From NCBI GenBank assembly GCA_031414955.1, contig JANOQV010000230.1, positions 14,332-78,331 of the forward strand: a stretch of DNA of 64,000 bases, written 5' to 3'. This stretch comes from Pedosphaera sp. Lineage in GTDB: Bacteria > Verrucomicrobiota > Verrucomicrobiia > Limisphaerales > SIBH01. Positions 51,295-61,586 of this stretch are shown piece by piece. Numbering within the stretch: position 1 is the first letter of the stretch; every line of letters starts with the position of its first letter. Both the position numbers and the translations under genes were made by a program. Under the pieces are notes generated by a model. That model saw only the letters and a list, made by a program, of their open reading frames with translations. It was not told where the DNA came from and made no database searches.

Positions 51295-54200
51295 TCAATC
51301 GACACTGAGAAACTCGTTACTCCCAAACAACACGCGTCCCAGGGCCGCCAGCGCAGCGGTCTCGACATTCTCCTTCTTCGCCGCCAGGAGTTCAGCCCGA
51401 TAGGCGGCGAGGAATTCCACCGCCTCGGCGCGTTCGGCCTCCGTGGGAGAGCGTCCCAGCGCGAGACGATAGGCGGCTTCGATGCGTTGCGCCTCGCCGG
51501 TGCCGGTTCGTTCCACGCGTGCGGCGAACTGCTGCGACTTGGTGTGGACGAACGGATCGTTGAGGAAGAAGAGCGCCTGGGTGGGAACGGTGGTGGTGCG
51601 GCGTTCAGCGGTGCTGGCGTTGGGATCGGCGCCGTCGAAGAGTGTGAGGAACGGGTGGCGTTTGATGCGCTGGGCCATCAGATAGACGCTACGCTGGTTG
51701 TGGTCGTACACCGCGCTGAACGGCGCGTGCTGCGTGTAGCCCCAGCCAGTCGGTGCCGGGAATGGGTGGCCGCGGCCGGGCGTTGGGTCGAGTTCGCCGC
51801 TGACCAGCAGGATGGAATCGCGGGTCTCCTCGGCGCTGAGGCGACGGCGGGGGAAGGCGGGGAAATCCGAATGACCAATGTCCAATGACGAAAGAATAGC
51901 TGAACCCGAACCTCGACTTGTCTTACTCCCAACCGTTTGGAGTTTCGAGTTGCGGTCGTCCTTCGTCATTCGCAATTCGTCATTCGCCATTACCGCCCCC
52001 TGCTGATACGTCGCGCTCAACATGATCAACCGGTGCATCGCCTTCACCGACCAGCCGCTGCGGATGAACTGCGTCGCCAAATGATCGAGCAGCTCGGGAT
52101 GCGTGGGCGGCTGGCCGCGCGCGCCGAAGTCGTTGGGCGTTTTCACCAGGCCCTGGCCGAAGTGATATTGCCAGAGACGATTCGCCATCACGCGCGCGGT
52201 GAGCGGATTGTCCGGGCGCGTGAGCCACTCGGCCAGTTCGAGACGACCGCTGCCGGAAGTTTCATTCGGAAGCTTGCCGCCGCCGAGAATGTCGAGAAAG
52301 CCGCGCGGCACTTCCACGCCGGGTTTGTCCGGTTCGCCCCGCAATTGGATCCGGGCGTCGCGCGGCGTGCCTTCGCTGACCGCATAGGCGAGTTCAACCG
52401 GCCCGTCGGCGAGCAGCGCAGCCAGTTCCTGCTTCGACTTCTCGGCGAGTTCGGCGAGTTCGACGAGTTGGCGGCGCAGTTCATCGATCTTCGCCCGGCG
52501 CGATTCGCCTTCGCCTGCCGCGACCGTCATTGGCGGCGCGTCCAGTGGGACGAGCGCGGTTTCGCGAATGACGAAGTTGTCCGCGTCCAGCGCCGGCTTC
52601 ACACCGCCCAGGTGGCCGTAGCTGTCGATGAATGTGTAATCGATGCTGCCGTCCCAACCGTTCGCGAACTGGCCCGCGAACTCCATGCGCTCGGAAGTCG
52701 TCGCGATGGAGCCGGTGTAGCTCTTCTCCTTTAGATTCAACGCAAGCTGAACCTGATACCACTCGCCCACGCGGAGCGGCTGGACGACATCGCGCTGGTC
52801 GCCGCTGCGGCGGAAGAACTGAGCGCGGTTGAAGAACAGTTCAATCGCGGCCGAACTGCCCGGCCCGTGCCCGAGATAAAACCGCCACGAACCATCGCCG
52901 CCCGCGTCGGCGCTGGTGCAGCGGAAGTCGAAACCCACGAAGAGGCGCGCGGTCTGGCCGGACTTCCACCGGTTCGTGAGCGTCTGACCAAATCCGTTGT
53001 AGGCCCCGCTGTTCGGCAGATGCACGCCGAGTTGGCCGGGGCCGTAAAGATTGCGGAAGGGACTTTGCGATGTAGCGCGAATCTTCACGACACTGTTCGG
53101 CCCAGGACCCCACGGCGTCGCGGGCGGCGCGGCCTCGGTCTGCAACTCGAAGTCGCCGTCGATGCCGGCGAGGCTCTGCATCTGCGCGGTGAGCGCGGCT
53201 GAATCAAGTTCGTTCGCCGAGGCAAGGGCGGGCAGCGTGGTCGAGACGGGGGGAATCGGCGCGTCCTGCACGGCGAGGTTGTCGATGGCGAGGGCGGGAA
53301 CGGGCTCGCCAGCGGGCGAATCCAGCAGCACGAAATCCATCGTGCCGCTCCACGTCGGCGCGAGCGGGAGATCGCGGAAGGTCTTCACGTCGCCGGGCCG
53401 GCCGACGCTGCCGGATACGGTGCGAGCACCGAGGTCGAGCGCAAGTTGCAGGTTATGCCATTGATTTGGTTTGAGCGCGCGGAGGGTCTCCGTGCGTTCA
53501 CCAGCACGGAATACAATTGAATCTGATGTGAGCAGAATTTCCACGGCGGGCGACGATCGCGTGCCAATGGAGAACCGATGCTGGCCGCGCGCGGATTCAG
53601 GTTTCGTCCCCACTCGAAAGTCCAGATTCACATGCGCCACACCGCCGTGGGCGTGCGTGCGCGCCGGATAAAGCGTCTGCGCGATGCGGCCGGCGTTCGT
53701 CCCGGCCGGAAGGCTCGCGCCGACCTTGCCGAGCGGATGACAGTTCTTGAACGGACTTTGCGCGTCGGTCGTCACGGCGATGGGGCCTCCGTAAACCCAG
53801 GGCGGCACGAGCACGCCCTTGCTGCCGCCGGCGGCCGGCGCCTGCATTTCGAAATCGCCGTCGAGGTCATCAAGCGAACGCAACGTGGCGGCGGGCACCG
53901 ATTGCTTCTGCCGTTCCAGGTTTCGCGCCAGCACAGCAACGCGTGTGTCGAACTCACGCCACTTCGCTTGCGATTCCTCCGGCGGCAACAGCGGAACCAG
54001 CGCGCGGGATTTTTGCTTTTGTTCCGAACCGGGAAACGCATAGCGCGTGCTCTCAAAAATGCCATAGAGCGCGTAGTAGTCGTTCATGGACACCGGGTCG
54101 AACTTGTGGGCGTGGCAGCGCGCGCAGCCGAGCGTCAGGCCGAGCACGGTCTGGCCGAGCGTGTCGATCGTGTCCTGGATGGTGAGATGATGATAGTTCT

Positions 54201-55164
54201 CCGAGTCGAAGCCGAAGCGTCGCGAGATGGCGAGATAGCCGGTCGCCGTCACGCGCCCGGCGTAACGCTCGCGCGGTCCGCGTCGCGCGAGAATGTCACC
54301 AGCGATCTGCTCGCGAAGAAACTCGTCGTAGGGCTGGTCGGCGTTGAAGGCGTCGATGACCCAGTTTCGATAGCGCCACGCCACCGGCACGGGATAGTCG
54401 GCGGTCTCGCCCGCCGTGTCCGCATAGCGCACCAAGTCCAGCCAGTGCCGACCCCAGCGCTCGCCGTAATGACGCGATGCGAGCAGGCGCTCGACAACTT
54501 TCGCGAAAGCGTTTGTGGAGGGATCGCGCTCGAAGGCGTCGGCTTCGTCAGCGGTGGGAGGAAGCCCAGTGAGGTCGAAGGTCGCGCGCCGCAACAGCGT
54601 GCGTTTGTCGGCGGCAAGGGCTGGCTGCACGCCGTGCTCCCGCAGCTTCGTGAGAATGAAATCGTCCACGGAAGTGCGCGGCCACGACGAGTTCACGGCG
54701 GGGCGGGCTGGATTCCGCACCGGCTCGAAGGCCCAGTGGGGTTTCTGCGAAGGCACCGCGCCGTCGGATGGAAACGGTGCGCCCTGCTTCACCCACGTCA
54801 TCAGATCGGCGATGACCGCGTCGGTCAGCTTCGGTTTCTTGGGCGGCATCGCGAGGTCTGGCTCTTCATGGCGCACCGCGCGGAGCAGCAGGCTTTTCGC
54901 CGGATCGCCAGGCACGAGGGCGGGACCAGAATCCCCACCCTTGAGCAGCGCCGCGCGTGAATCGACGAGGAGGCCGCCCTTCAACTTCTTGGCCGTCGCG
55001 CTGTGACATTCGTAGCAATGCTCAATGAGCGCCGGGCGAATGCGGTTCTCGAAGAAGGCGTAACTCGCGGAATTCGTCGGCGGGATTGCTCCCGAAACAC
55101 CCCAAACCGCCGCTGTGAGCAGGAATCCCAAAGTCAAAGCCGTTCCTGAAACTGGCTCGTTCAT
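51295..55164 (-). CDS. Planctomycete cytochrome c plus DUF1549/DUF1553 protein with a duplicated internal domain
   Basis: FFENRIRP...CYECH; HWAF.P; LRRATFDLTGLPPT; YGERWGRHWLD; CARCHAHKFDP; GRLELAEW; NPLTARVMANRLWQ; PTHPELLD.LA; PTQALF. Start uncertain (55164, 55188 or 55233). Confidence 0.92.
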   Translation of the reverse strand: MNEPVSGTALTLGFLLTAAVWGVSGAIPPTNSASYAFFENRIRPALIEHCYECHSATAKKLKGGLLVDSRAALLKGGDSGPALVPGDPAKSLLLRAVRHEEPDLAMPPKKPKLTDAVIADLMTWVKQGAPFPSDGAVPSQKPHWAFEPVRNPARPAVNSSWPRTSVDDFILTKLREHGVQPALAADKRTLLRRATFDLTGLPPTADEADAFERDPSTNAFAKVVERLLASRHYGERWGRHWLDLVRYADTAGETADYPVPVAWRYRNWVIDAFNADQPYDEFLREQIAGDILARRGPRERYAGRVTATGYLAISRRFGFDSENYHHLTIQDTIDTLGQTVLGLTLGCARCHAHKFDPVSMNDYYALYGIFESTRYAFPGSEQKQKSRALVPLLPPEESQAKWREFDTRVAVLARNLERQKQSVPAATLRSLDDLDGDFEMQAPAAGGSKGVLVPPWVYGGPIAVTTDAQSPFKNCHPLGKVGASLPAGTNAGRIAQTLYPARTHAHGGVAHVNLDFRVGTKPESARGQHRFSIGTRSSPAVEILLTSDSIVFRAGERTETLRALKPNQWHNLQLALDLGARTVSGSVGRPGDVKTFRDLPLAPTWSGTMDFVLLDSPAGEPVPALAIDNLAVQDAPIPPVSTTLPALASANELDSAALTAQMQSLAGIDGDFELQTEAAPPATPWGPGPNSVVKIRATSQSPFRNLYGPGQLGVHLPNSGAYNGFGQTLTNRWKSGQTARLFVGFDFRCTSADAGGDGSWRFYLGHGPGSSAAIELFFNRAQFFRRSGDQRDVVQPLRVGEWYQVQLALNLKEKSYTGSIATTSERMEFAGQFANGWDGSIDYTFIDSYGHLGGVKPALDADNFVIRETALVPLDAPPMTVAAGEGESRRAKIDELRRQLVELAELAEKSKQELAALLADGPVELAYAVSEGTPRDARIQLRGEPDKPGVEVPRGFLDILGGGKLPNETSGSGRLELAEWLTRPDNPLTARVMANRLWQYHFGQGLVKTPNDFGARGQPPTHPELLDHLATQFIRSGWSVKAMHRLIMLSATYQQGAVMANDELRMTKDDRNSKLQTVGSKTSRGSGSAILSSLDIGHSDFPAFPRRRLSAEETRDSILLVSGELDPTPGRGHPFPAPTGWGYTQHAPFSAVYDHNQRSVYLMAQRIKRHPFLTLFDGADPNASTAERRTTTVPTQALFFLNDPFVHTKSQQFAARVERTGTGEAQRIEAAYRLALGRSPTEAERAEAVEFLAAYRAELLAAKKENVETAALAALGRVLFGSNEFLSVD
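51868..51986. repeat. Heptamer-periodic inverted repeat lying in-frame in the DUF1553 region
   Basis: CGAATGA-CCAATGT-CCAATGA-CGAAAGA (51868-51895) vs reverse complement of 51959-51986 CGAATGA-CGAATTG-CGAATGA-CGAAGGA, 23/28. Confidence 0.75.
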
Positions 55165-55240
55165 TCGGTTTCGCGGGTCGGTTTTCACTCGCGTTGGTCG
55201 CGGTCGCGCCTTCCGCCGTTTCTGCGGCAGCACGACTGAG

Positions 55241-55459
55241 TCAGACGCGGAGCAGACGCAGCCGGCACCAATCTTGAACTGGCAATGGGCATGGCCGGAG
55301 TCTTGAAGGTCGGCGGTTCACGGTCAACCGAGAATGCCTGGAACTACCCAGGCCGTACGAAATTTCTTCGATCCGAGTCAGGCCAGCCTTCAACTTGAAG
55401 CCAAAAGTTTCACCATCAGTTTTCCGCCGGTGTTTCATTTGAGGCTCCCCAAAACTCAC
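55241..55459 (-). CDS. Possible small basic hypothetical protein
   Basis: GTGA overlap with the upstream gene's stop (alternative ATG 55438); no recognisable motif. Confidence 0.3.
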   Translation of the reverse strand: MSFGEPQMKHRRKTDGETFGFKLKAGLTRIEEISYGLGSSRHSRLTVNRRPSRLRPCPLPVQDWCRLRLLRV

Positions 55460-55800
55460 AGCACTTGGGCCAGAATCCGCCGGCTGCGCGAACGAACGCT
55501 GGCCGCGCGCGCGAACTGCCGCCGCACTGCCACCACTTTCTCCTCAAAGAGTCCGGGCAAAAAGAGCAACGGGAAGGGCGTCAGCCACGCCATCCCGGCC
55601 GCCTCGGTCGCGGCGCGGCGCACGGGCGCGTAAAGTTCCGTGTCTTCCAATTCATGTAGCGCCAGGCGGAGCAGCCGGTCTTTGAATTGCTCCAACTCCG
55701 TTTCGCGCGCGCCGCGGAAGGGCGCAGCCGGCTCAGGAGCCACGTCGAAACGTGCCTCCAGATCGAACCGGGTCAGTAGTTTGATTCTCTTGGTCTTCAT
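55456..55800 (-). CDS. Hypothetical helical protein (114 aa)
   Basis: Clean ORF with protein-like composition (VRRAATEAAGMAWLTPFPLLFLPGLFEEK), preceded by a structured leader; no family assigned. Confidence 0.75.
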   Translation of the reverse strand: MKTKRIKLLTRFDLEARFDVAPEPAAPFRGARETELEQFKDRLLRLALHELEDTELYAPVRRAATEAAGMAWLTPFPLLFLPGLFEEKVVAVRRQFARAASVRSRSRRILAQVL

Positions 55801-55822
55801 AAAATCGGGATGAGTTGGCCCT

Positions 55823-55866
55823 CAAAAGCACAAAACCCACGATTGCCTGGGCAATCGTGGGTTTTG
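55823..55866 (-). terminator. Intrinsic terminator inside a 5' leader (attenuator hairpin)
   Basis: Perfect 17-bp inverted repeat CAAAACCCACGATTGCC (55831-55847 / 55850-55866), ending in TTTTGTGCTTTT on the minus strand, 30 nt before ATG 55800. Confidence 0.8.
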
Positions 55867-55883
55867 GAAAATCTTCGGGTGGT

Positions 55884-55991
55884 TTAGAAATCTTTCCTCA
55901 CGATGCCAACGGCACGCCCCACGACCCAACGGGACGAATGTCCCTGGCCGCGCTGGGCGCACATCATTTTAATTGCTGGCATCAACTGCAC
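55884..55991 (-). CDS. Putative 35-aa leader peptide (M)QLMPAIKMMCAQRGQGHSSRWVVGRAVGIVRKDF
   Basis: GTG 55991 (or ATG 55982) to TAA 55884; ends 17 nt before the terminator; its 3' end is complementary to the terminator 5' arm. Confidence 0.55.
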   Translation of the reverse strand: MQLMPAIKMMCAQRGQGHSSRWVVGRAVGIVRKDF

Positions 55992-55997
55992 GGGTGA

Positions 55998-56026
55998 AGG
56001 AAACAGGAAGGCGACCGGTTTGTCAA
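55998..56026 (-). promoter_or_regulatory. Sigma70-type promoter of the leader
   Basis: TTGACA-N17-TTTCCT, 6 nt before GTG 55991 (leaderless geometry); the -10 is imperfect. Confidence 0.5.
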
Positions 56027-56054
56027 ATTCTGCTGACCAGACAGGGTGCGGCGG

Positions 56055-57050
56055 TCATCTGGACGAGGCCCGAACGTCCGCTCCATGTGGGCAATTCACC
56101 AGAGGCGAAACGGTTTGCCGGAGATTGATGGCGCGCAAACGCGCCACGCGGTCGGCAAGGCACGGCTGACAACCGCCGAGTTTCTCCACGTCCCACAGGT
56201 CGGCGAACACCCGGCCTCGGTCCAAGCGGACGCCGTAGTCGAGCGCGGCCTCCAGAGTAGCGAGCCTGGGTGGTGCGAACTCACCCCGCCGAGCCAGGGT
56301 GTCCAATGCTTCCGGGCCGAAGCGTGCCGGGACGAGCGACACCACCTTGGCTCCGCAATCGAAGGCGAAGTCGATGGAGCGCCGGGCCAAGTCCAGAGCC
56401 TCCTCGTCCGTGCGGACGAAGGGCGGTTTGACGATGACAAAGGCGCGGACAGCCAGGCCGTGGTTCACGAGGAACTCCGTCGCGCGCCGGAAGAGGGCCA
56501 GCGTCATGCGCTTGTTCAGTTTCTTGAGCAGGGCGTCATCGGCAATTTCCAAACCCATCGCGACCTCCAGTTTGGATTCCGCTTCGCTACCGGCCAATGG
56601 CCTGGGCCGATCCCCGATCCCTGACAGCCGATCACGGAACTCCACGGACGAAGCACCCACCAGCGCGGGGTGACACTCCACAATCAGCCGGTCGAATGGC
56701 CCGACGCGCGCGGCGATGGCGGGGAAATCACCGGGCGGAATCGCCTTGGGATCGAAAAAGCTGCCGGCGTTGTAGAGCTTGAGTTGGCGGGCCTCGCGGA
56801 GTTCCGGTTGCGCGAGCGCGAAATCAAGCTGCGCCGGAATTGCACCCAGCGGCACTGTCTCCGTCGTCGTGTTCTTCCACAGGTCGCAATAGATGCACCG
56901 CCACGGGCACTCGCGGTTGGTGAGAAACACGGTGGCGACGGAGACCGCCACGCCCATTTCAGATCGCTCCTCCTCGAGGAACCAGCCGTGCGGTCGCCAA
57001 GGGGAGACGGCATTGCGGCTGGTGCGCGAAATCCGAGTGAATGAAGTCAC
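56055..57050 (-). CDS. Radical SAM protein, TIGR01210 / RaSEA (archaeosine synthase beta subunit)-like
   Basis: TVFLTNRECPWRCIYCDL (CxxxCxxC), KLYNAGSFFD, VECHP, LEVAMGLE, VKPPF; GTG start overlapping the upstream TGA. Subfamily recalled from motifs, not searched. Confidence 0.8.
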   Translation of the reverse strand: MTSFTRISRTSRNAVSPWRPHGWFLEEERSEMGVAVSVATVFLTNRECPWRCIYCDLWKNTTTETVPLGAIPAQLDFALAQPELREARQLKLYNAGSFFDPKAIPPGDFPAIAARVGPFDRLIVECHPALVGASSVEFRDRLSGIGDRPRPLAGSEAESKLEVAMGLEIADDALLKKLNKRMTLALFRRATEFLVNHGLAVRAFVIVKPPFVRTDEEALDLARRSIDFAFDCGAKVVSLVPARFGPEALDTLARRGEFAPPRLATLEAALDYGVRLDRGRVFADLWDVEKLGGCQPCLADRVARLRAINLRQTVSPLVNCPHGADVRASSR

Positions 57051-58369
57051 TGATACATGGCGAGGAACTGCGTCCGGAACTCCGCCTCGCGCTGGGGCAC
57101 GCACTGGCGCAGTTGCTCAATGCGGAGCGCGCCGTGCTGGAAGCGGCGCTTCTCAAACACTGGCATGTCGATCCCTGTGATGGCCTTCACGCCGCACGAG
57201 ACGAGTTCACCTTTGAGCGCGTAAAGCTTGTCCAGGCTGTAGTCGGTGAGCGCGATGAACGGAATTCCTTCCGCGACTTCGATGACGTTCGGTTGCGCGA
57301 AGGGGCTGAAGCCCTCGAAGCCGTAGTGCCGGCCCGGCGCGTAGGTGCGCACGTAGCTGCGGCTCAAACCGCCGCTGTAGGTGAGCGAATGCTTGATGCG
57401 GCCCACGCCCCAGCCCTCCTGATAGAGCATGGTGTTGTGGACCACGCTGCGAATGGTCAGTTCTTTGTTCTCCTCAATGGGATAGTCCTTGAGGTTTTCG
57501 TCGCCGCCGTCGCCATCAAGCAGCAGCTTCCAATCAGGATAACGCTCACGGATGCCGCGGCACAGCGTGAGCCCCATCGAGGCGCACTCCACGTCGAGCG
57601 GCTTGTAATCCTCCAGCACGCGAATCGTCTCGCCCACGTCGATGCGGGCGAGGTCGGCTTCGATGGGTTCGAGAAGCATTTCGAGTCCAACACGTTTCAG
57701 AAACTCGCGCGCCTGGGGCAAATCAGGTCCGTCGCCGAAACTCAGCGTGAACGCCTTGAGGCGCGATGGACTCAAGCCCAGCTTGCGCAGGACGTGATAC
57801 GTGGTGAGCAACACCGCACCGCTGTCGATGCCGCCAGAGAAGCAGACGCCGATGGGTTCGCTGGCCGGAATGCGCTGGAGGCATTTCTCGATTTCATCCG
57901 CCAACGCACCGATGTAGCTGCGGCCAATTTCGTCGAGGTCGGTGGAAAGCTTGTTCCGCTGCGGATTGAAGAACCTCGTGTAAGTCGGATCGGGATCAGG
58001 GCAGCCGATCAGTTGCAGTTCGATGATGTAGTGCGCCGGCACCATGCGGGTGTAGCTGGGATGAAACTGCTCCGCCAATCCCTCGCGCTTGAGTTGCTCA
58101 TGAATGGCATCAATGCGGTCGGCGACGATGAGGGCGGGACCGGCGGCACGCTTGGCCAGGAAGTAGCGCATCGGGCGATCCAGGGAACGGGCCATGCGCA
58201 CGGTCTTGCCATCGCGCGCCAGCAGGGCAAAGGAGCCTTCGATCTCGCGCACCGCGTCGGCGTCATTGCGCAGCACCCGGGCGCGGGCTTCCTCCACGCC
58301 CATGTTATGGAGGCGATTCAGCGCCGGGTCAGTCAGGTCCACAACGCGTTCAATGTATTCGGAGTGCAT
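57047..58369 (-). CDS. Asparagine synthetase-like ATP-dependent amide ligase lacking the N-terminal catalytic Cys
   Basis: PP-loop IGVCFSGGIDSG, LDGDGGDE; Ntn-like remnant IEGSFAL...MARSLDRPMRY; N-terminus MHSEY has no Cys. Confidence 0.82.
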   Translation of the reverse strand: MHSEYIERVVDLTDPALNRLHNMGVEEARARVLRNDADAVREIEGSFALLARDGKTVRMARSLDRPMRYFLAKRAAGPALIVADRIDAIHEQLKREGLAEQFHPSYTRMVPAHYIIELQLIGCPDPDPTYTRFFNPQRNKLSTDLDEIGRSYIGALADEIEKCLQRIPASEPIGVCFSGGIDSGAVLLTTYHVLRKLGLSPSRLKAFTLSFGDGPDLPQAREFLKRVGLEMLLEPIEADLARIDVGETIRVLEDYKPLDVECASMGLTLCRGIRERYPDWKLLLDGDGGDENLKDYPIEENKELTIRSVVHNTMLYQEGWGVGRIKHSLTYSGGLSRSYVRTYAPGRHYGFEGFSPFAQPNVIEVAEGIPFIALTDYSLDKLYALKGELVSCGVKAITGIDMPVFEKRRFQHGALRIEQLRQCVPQREAEFRTQFLAMYQ

Positions 58370-58533
58370 GGCGCGAGTGTAGCGGCGTCCAGAGGGAACG
58401 CCGCAAAAAAATCCGATGGCGGCACCCGGCGGGCGCATCTGGCAGGTACCACCGTGTTTCTTCGACCGCCAGACCGGCGGGTGCAAAAGCGGCGCTGATG
58501 CGACCGCACTCGGCCAGGAGGCCGCTGCAGGCG

Positions 58534-60375
58534 CTACGGAGCTTCCCGCACCACGAACAACGCATCCACCTTCGGGGGAGAAATTTTTTGCATCACACCG
58601 CCCGGCCAGGTGATTTCAACCGCGTCCACGCGTGGGGCTGCGCCGAGGCCGAAGGTCAGGACCGATTCCGACTGCGAGAGGTAGCCTTTGGCGGGCATCA
58701 CCTGCTGGGCGAGAGTCCGCCCAGCGACCCGGACTCTGACCCAGGCGCCGATGGCGTCGCGGTTTGATTTTGCACCCACCAGTTTCAAGCGCAGCCAATG
58801 ATGGCCGAGCTGCTGCTCGTTGCGCAGCAGCAGCGGCGGTCCGGCCACCTGCGTGAGCACCACGTCCAGATCTCCATCACCATCTATGTCCGCGTAAGCA
58901 GAGCCGCGCCCGATGATGGGCTTGAACAGGTCCTCGCCTGCTTGCGCGGGCGGCACGGGCACGAAGCTTGGCCCCTTCACGGAACTGCGGTTCCAAAATA
59001 ACTGCGCGGGCTGGCGATAAGTCTGGCTCTTTTGCAGTTTGGAAATTTCTTCCTCGAGGTGGCCATTGGCCGTCAGCACATCAAGCCGCCCGTCCAGATC
59101 GTAATCGAAGAAGAACAAGCCGAACTTCAAGAGCTGGCGGCTGGCGGGGCCGATGCCCTCGGTGATGGCTTCATCGGCGAAGAGGAGCGAATCATTCTGC
59201 GCCACGTAGAGCGCGTTCGGTTCGTTGGCAAAGTTGCCGATGGCGATGCCGAGCGCGTTGTCGTTCCGGAAGCGCGCCGAGTCGATGCCCATCGCGCCGC
59301 GCGCCAGCCCGTAGGGATCGAAGGCCACGCCGGACTGCGCGCCGACCTCCGCGAAGGTGCCGTTGTGCCGGTTGCTCAGGACGAAGTTCTGCACCTGATC
59401 GTTCGCGACCACGAAATCAATCCAGCCATCGTTGTTCAAATCCACCGGGGCCACGCCAAGGGATTTTGCCATCGGCACGCCGGTGACTGGGTTCGTGATT
59501 TGAATTCCCGCCGCGCGCGAGACATCGCGAAAGAGGCCATTGCCTTCGTTGTGATACAGCAACGGGAAGGAACCCTCGAAATTCAGCGGCGGTCCGTAGG
59601 CACGGCCAATGCCGGCCAGCGTGTAGTTCACGCCCTGATCGATCTCGCGGGACCACTTCACGTAGTTGCAGACGAACAAATCGAGCCGCCCATCGTTGTC
59701 GTAATCCACGAAGGCCGTGCTCGTGCTCCAGCGCGTTGGCTCGTTGATCAATCCGCCCGGCAACGTGACGTCCTCAAATTTTCCACGGCCAAGATTGCGG
59801 TAGAGGTGATTCTCGCCGACGCCCGTGATGAACACGTCGGCCATTCCGTCGTTGTCGAAGTCGCCGATGGCAACACCGGTTCCGTAGAAATTAGCTTCCA
59901 AGCCGGAGCCGGAGGTTACATCGGTGAACCGACCGCGACCGTCGTTGCGATAAAGCGCCCGCGCAGGCTTTGGGTCATGCCCCGCGAGCCACGGCCAATC
60001 GTGGCCGCTGACGAACAGCAAGTCGGGTGCGCCGTCGTTGTCGAAGTCCAGAAACGCCACCCCGCCGCCCATGGTCTCCGGCAGCAACTTCTCCCCGTGC
60101 GCCCCGTTAAGGTGGATGAACTTGATCCCGGCTTCGGTAGTGATGTCTTTGAATCGCGCCACCGGCACATCAACAGGAACTGGAGGCATCTCCGGGGTGC
60201 CAAGCTCGGTCTTCTGTTCACCAGGCTTCTCGTGGCGGCCGGACCACCAGACGAGGGCCACGGCCGCGACCACGACCACGGCCGCGATCACAATCAGCGA
60301 GCGTTGGAAGGCCCGCCCAATCACTGCGTCGTCCGAAGGCGGCGTGTCACTCGGGTCAGGGGGCAACTGCGGCAT
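58534..60375 (-). CDS. Membrane-anchored FG-GAP repeat / ASPIC-UnbV (CRTAC1-like) protein
   Basis: N-terminal TM; LPETMGGGVAFLDFDNDG; several D(F/Y)D.DG..D repeats; C-terminal SNRDAIGA.V...GYLSQSE..LTFGLG. Confidence 0.93.
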   Translation of the reverse strand: MPQLPPDPSDTPPSDDAVIGRAFQRSLIVIAAVVVVAAVALVWWSGRHEKPGEQKTELGTPEMPPVPVDVPVARFKDITTEAGIKFIHLNGAHGEKLLPETMGGGVAFLDFDNDGAPDLLFVSGHDWPWLAGHDPKPARALYRNDGRGRFTDVTSGSGLEANFYGTGVAIGDFDNDGMADVFITGVGENHLYRNLGRGKFEDVTLPGGLINEPTRWSTSTAFVDYDNDGRLDLFVCNYVKWSREIDQGVNYTLAGIGRAYGPPLNFEGSFPLLYHNEGNGLFRDVSRAAGIQITNPVTGVPMAKSLGVAPVDLNNDGWIDFVVANDQVQNFVLSNRHNGTFAEVGAQSGVAFDPYGLARGAMGIDSARFRNDNALGIAIGNFANEPNALYVAQNDSLLFADEAITEGIGPASRQLLKFGLFFFDYDLDGRLDVLTANGHLEEEISKLQKSQTYRQPAQLFWNRSSVKGPSFVPVPPAQAGEDLFKPIIGRGSAYADIDGDGDLDVVLTQVAGPPLLLRNEQQLGHHWLRLKLVGAKSNRDAIGAWVRVRVAGRTLAQQVMPAKGYLSQSESVLTFGLGAAPRVDAVEITWPGGVMQKISPPKVDALFVVREAP

Positions 60376-60500
60376 GTCGGAAGTATCCAGCGAGCCTCGG
60401 TAGAGGGGAAACAGAATTTCTTGGACCGGGCGGGAGCGAGCCTTTCAGCCCGACTGTTTTAATTCTGTGCATCCGGGGAATTCTGCCTGAAAAATCCGCC

Positions 60501-61582
<1,082 letters not shown>

Positions 61583-61586
<4 letters not shown>

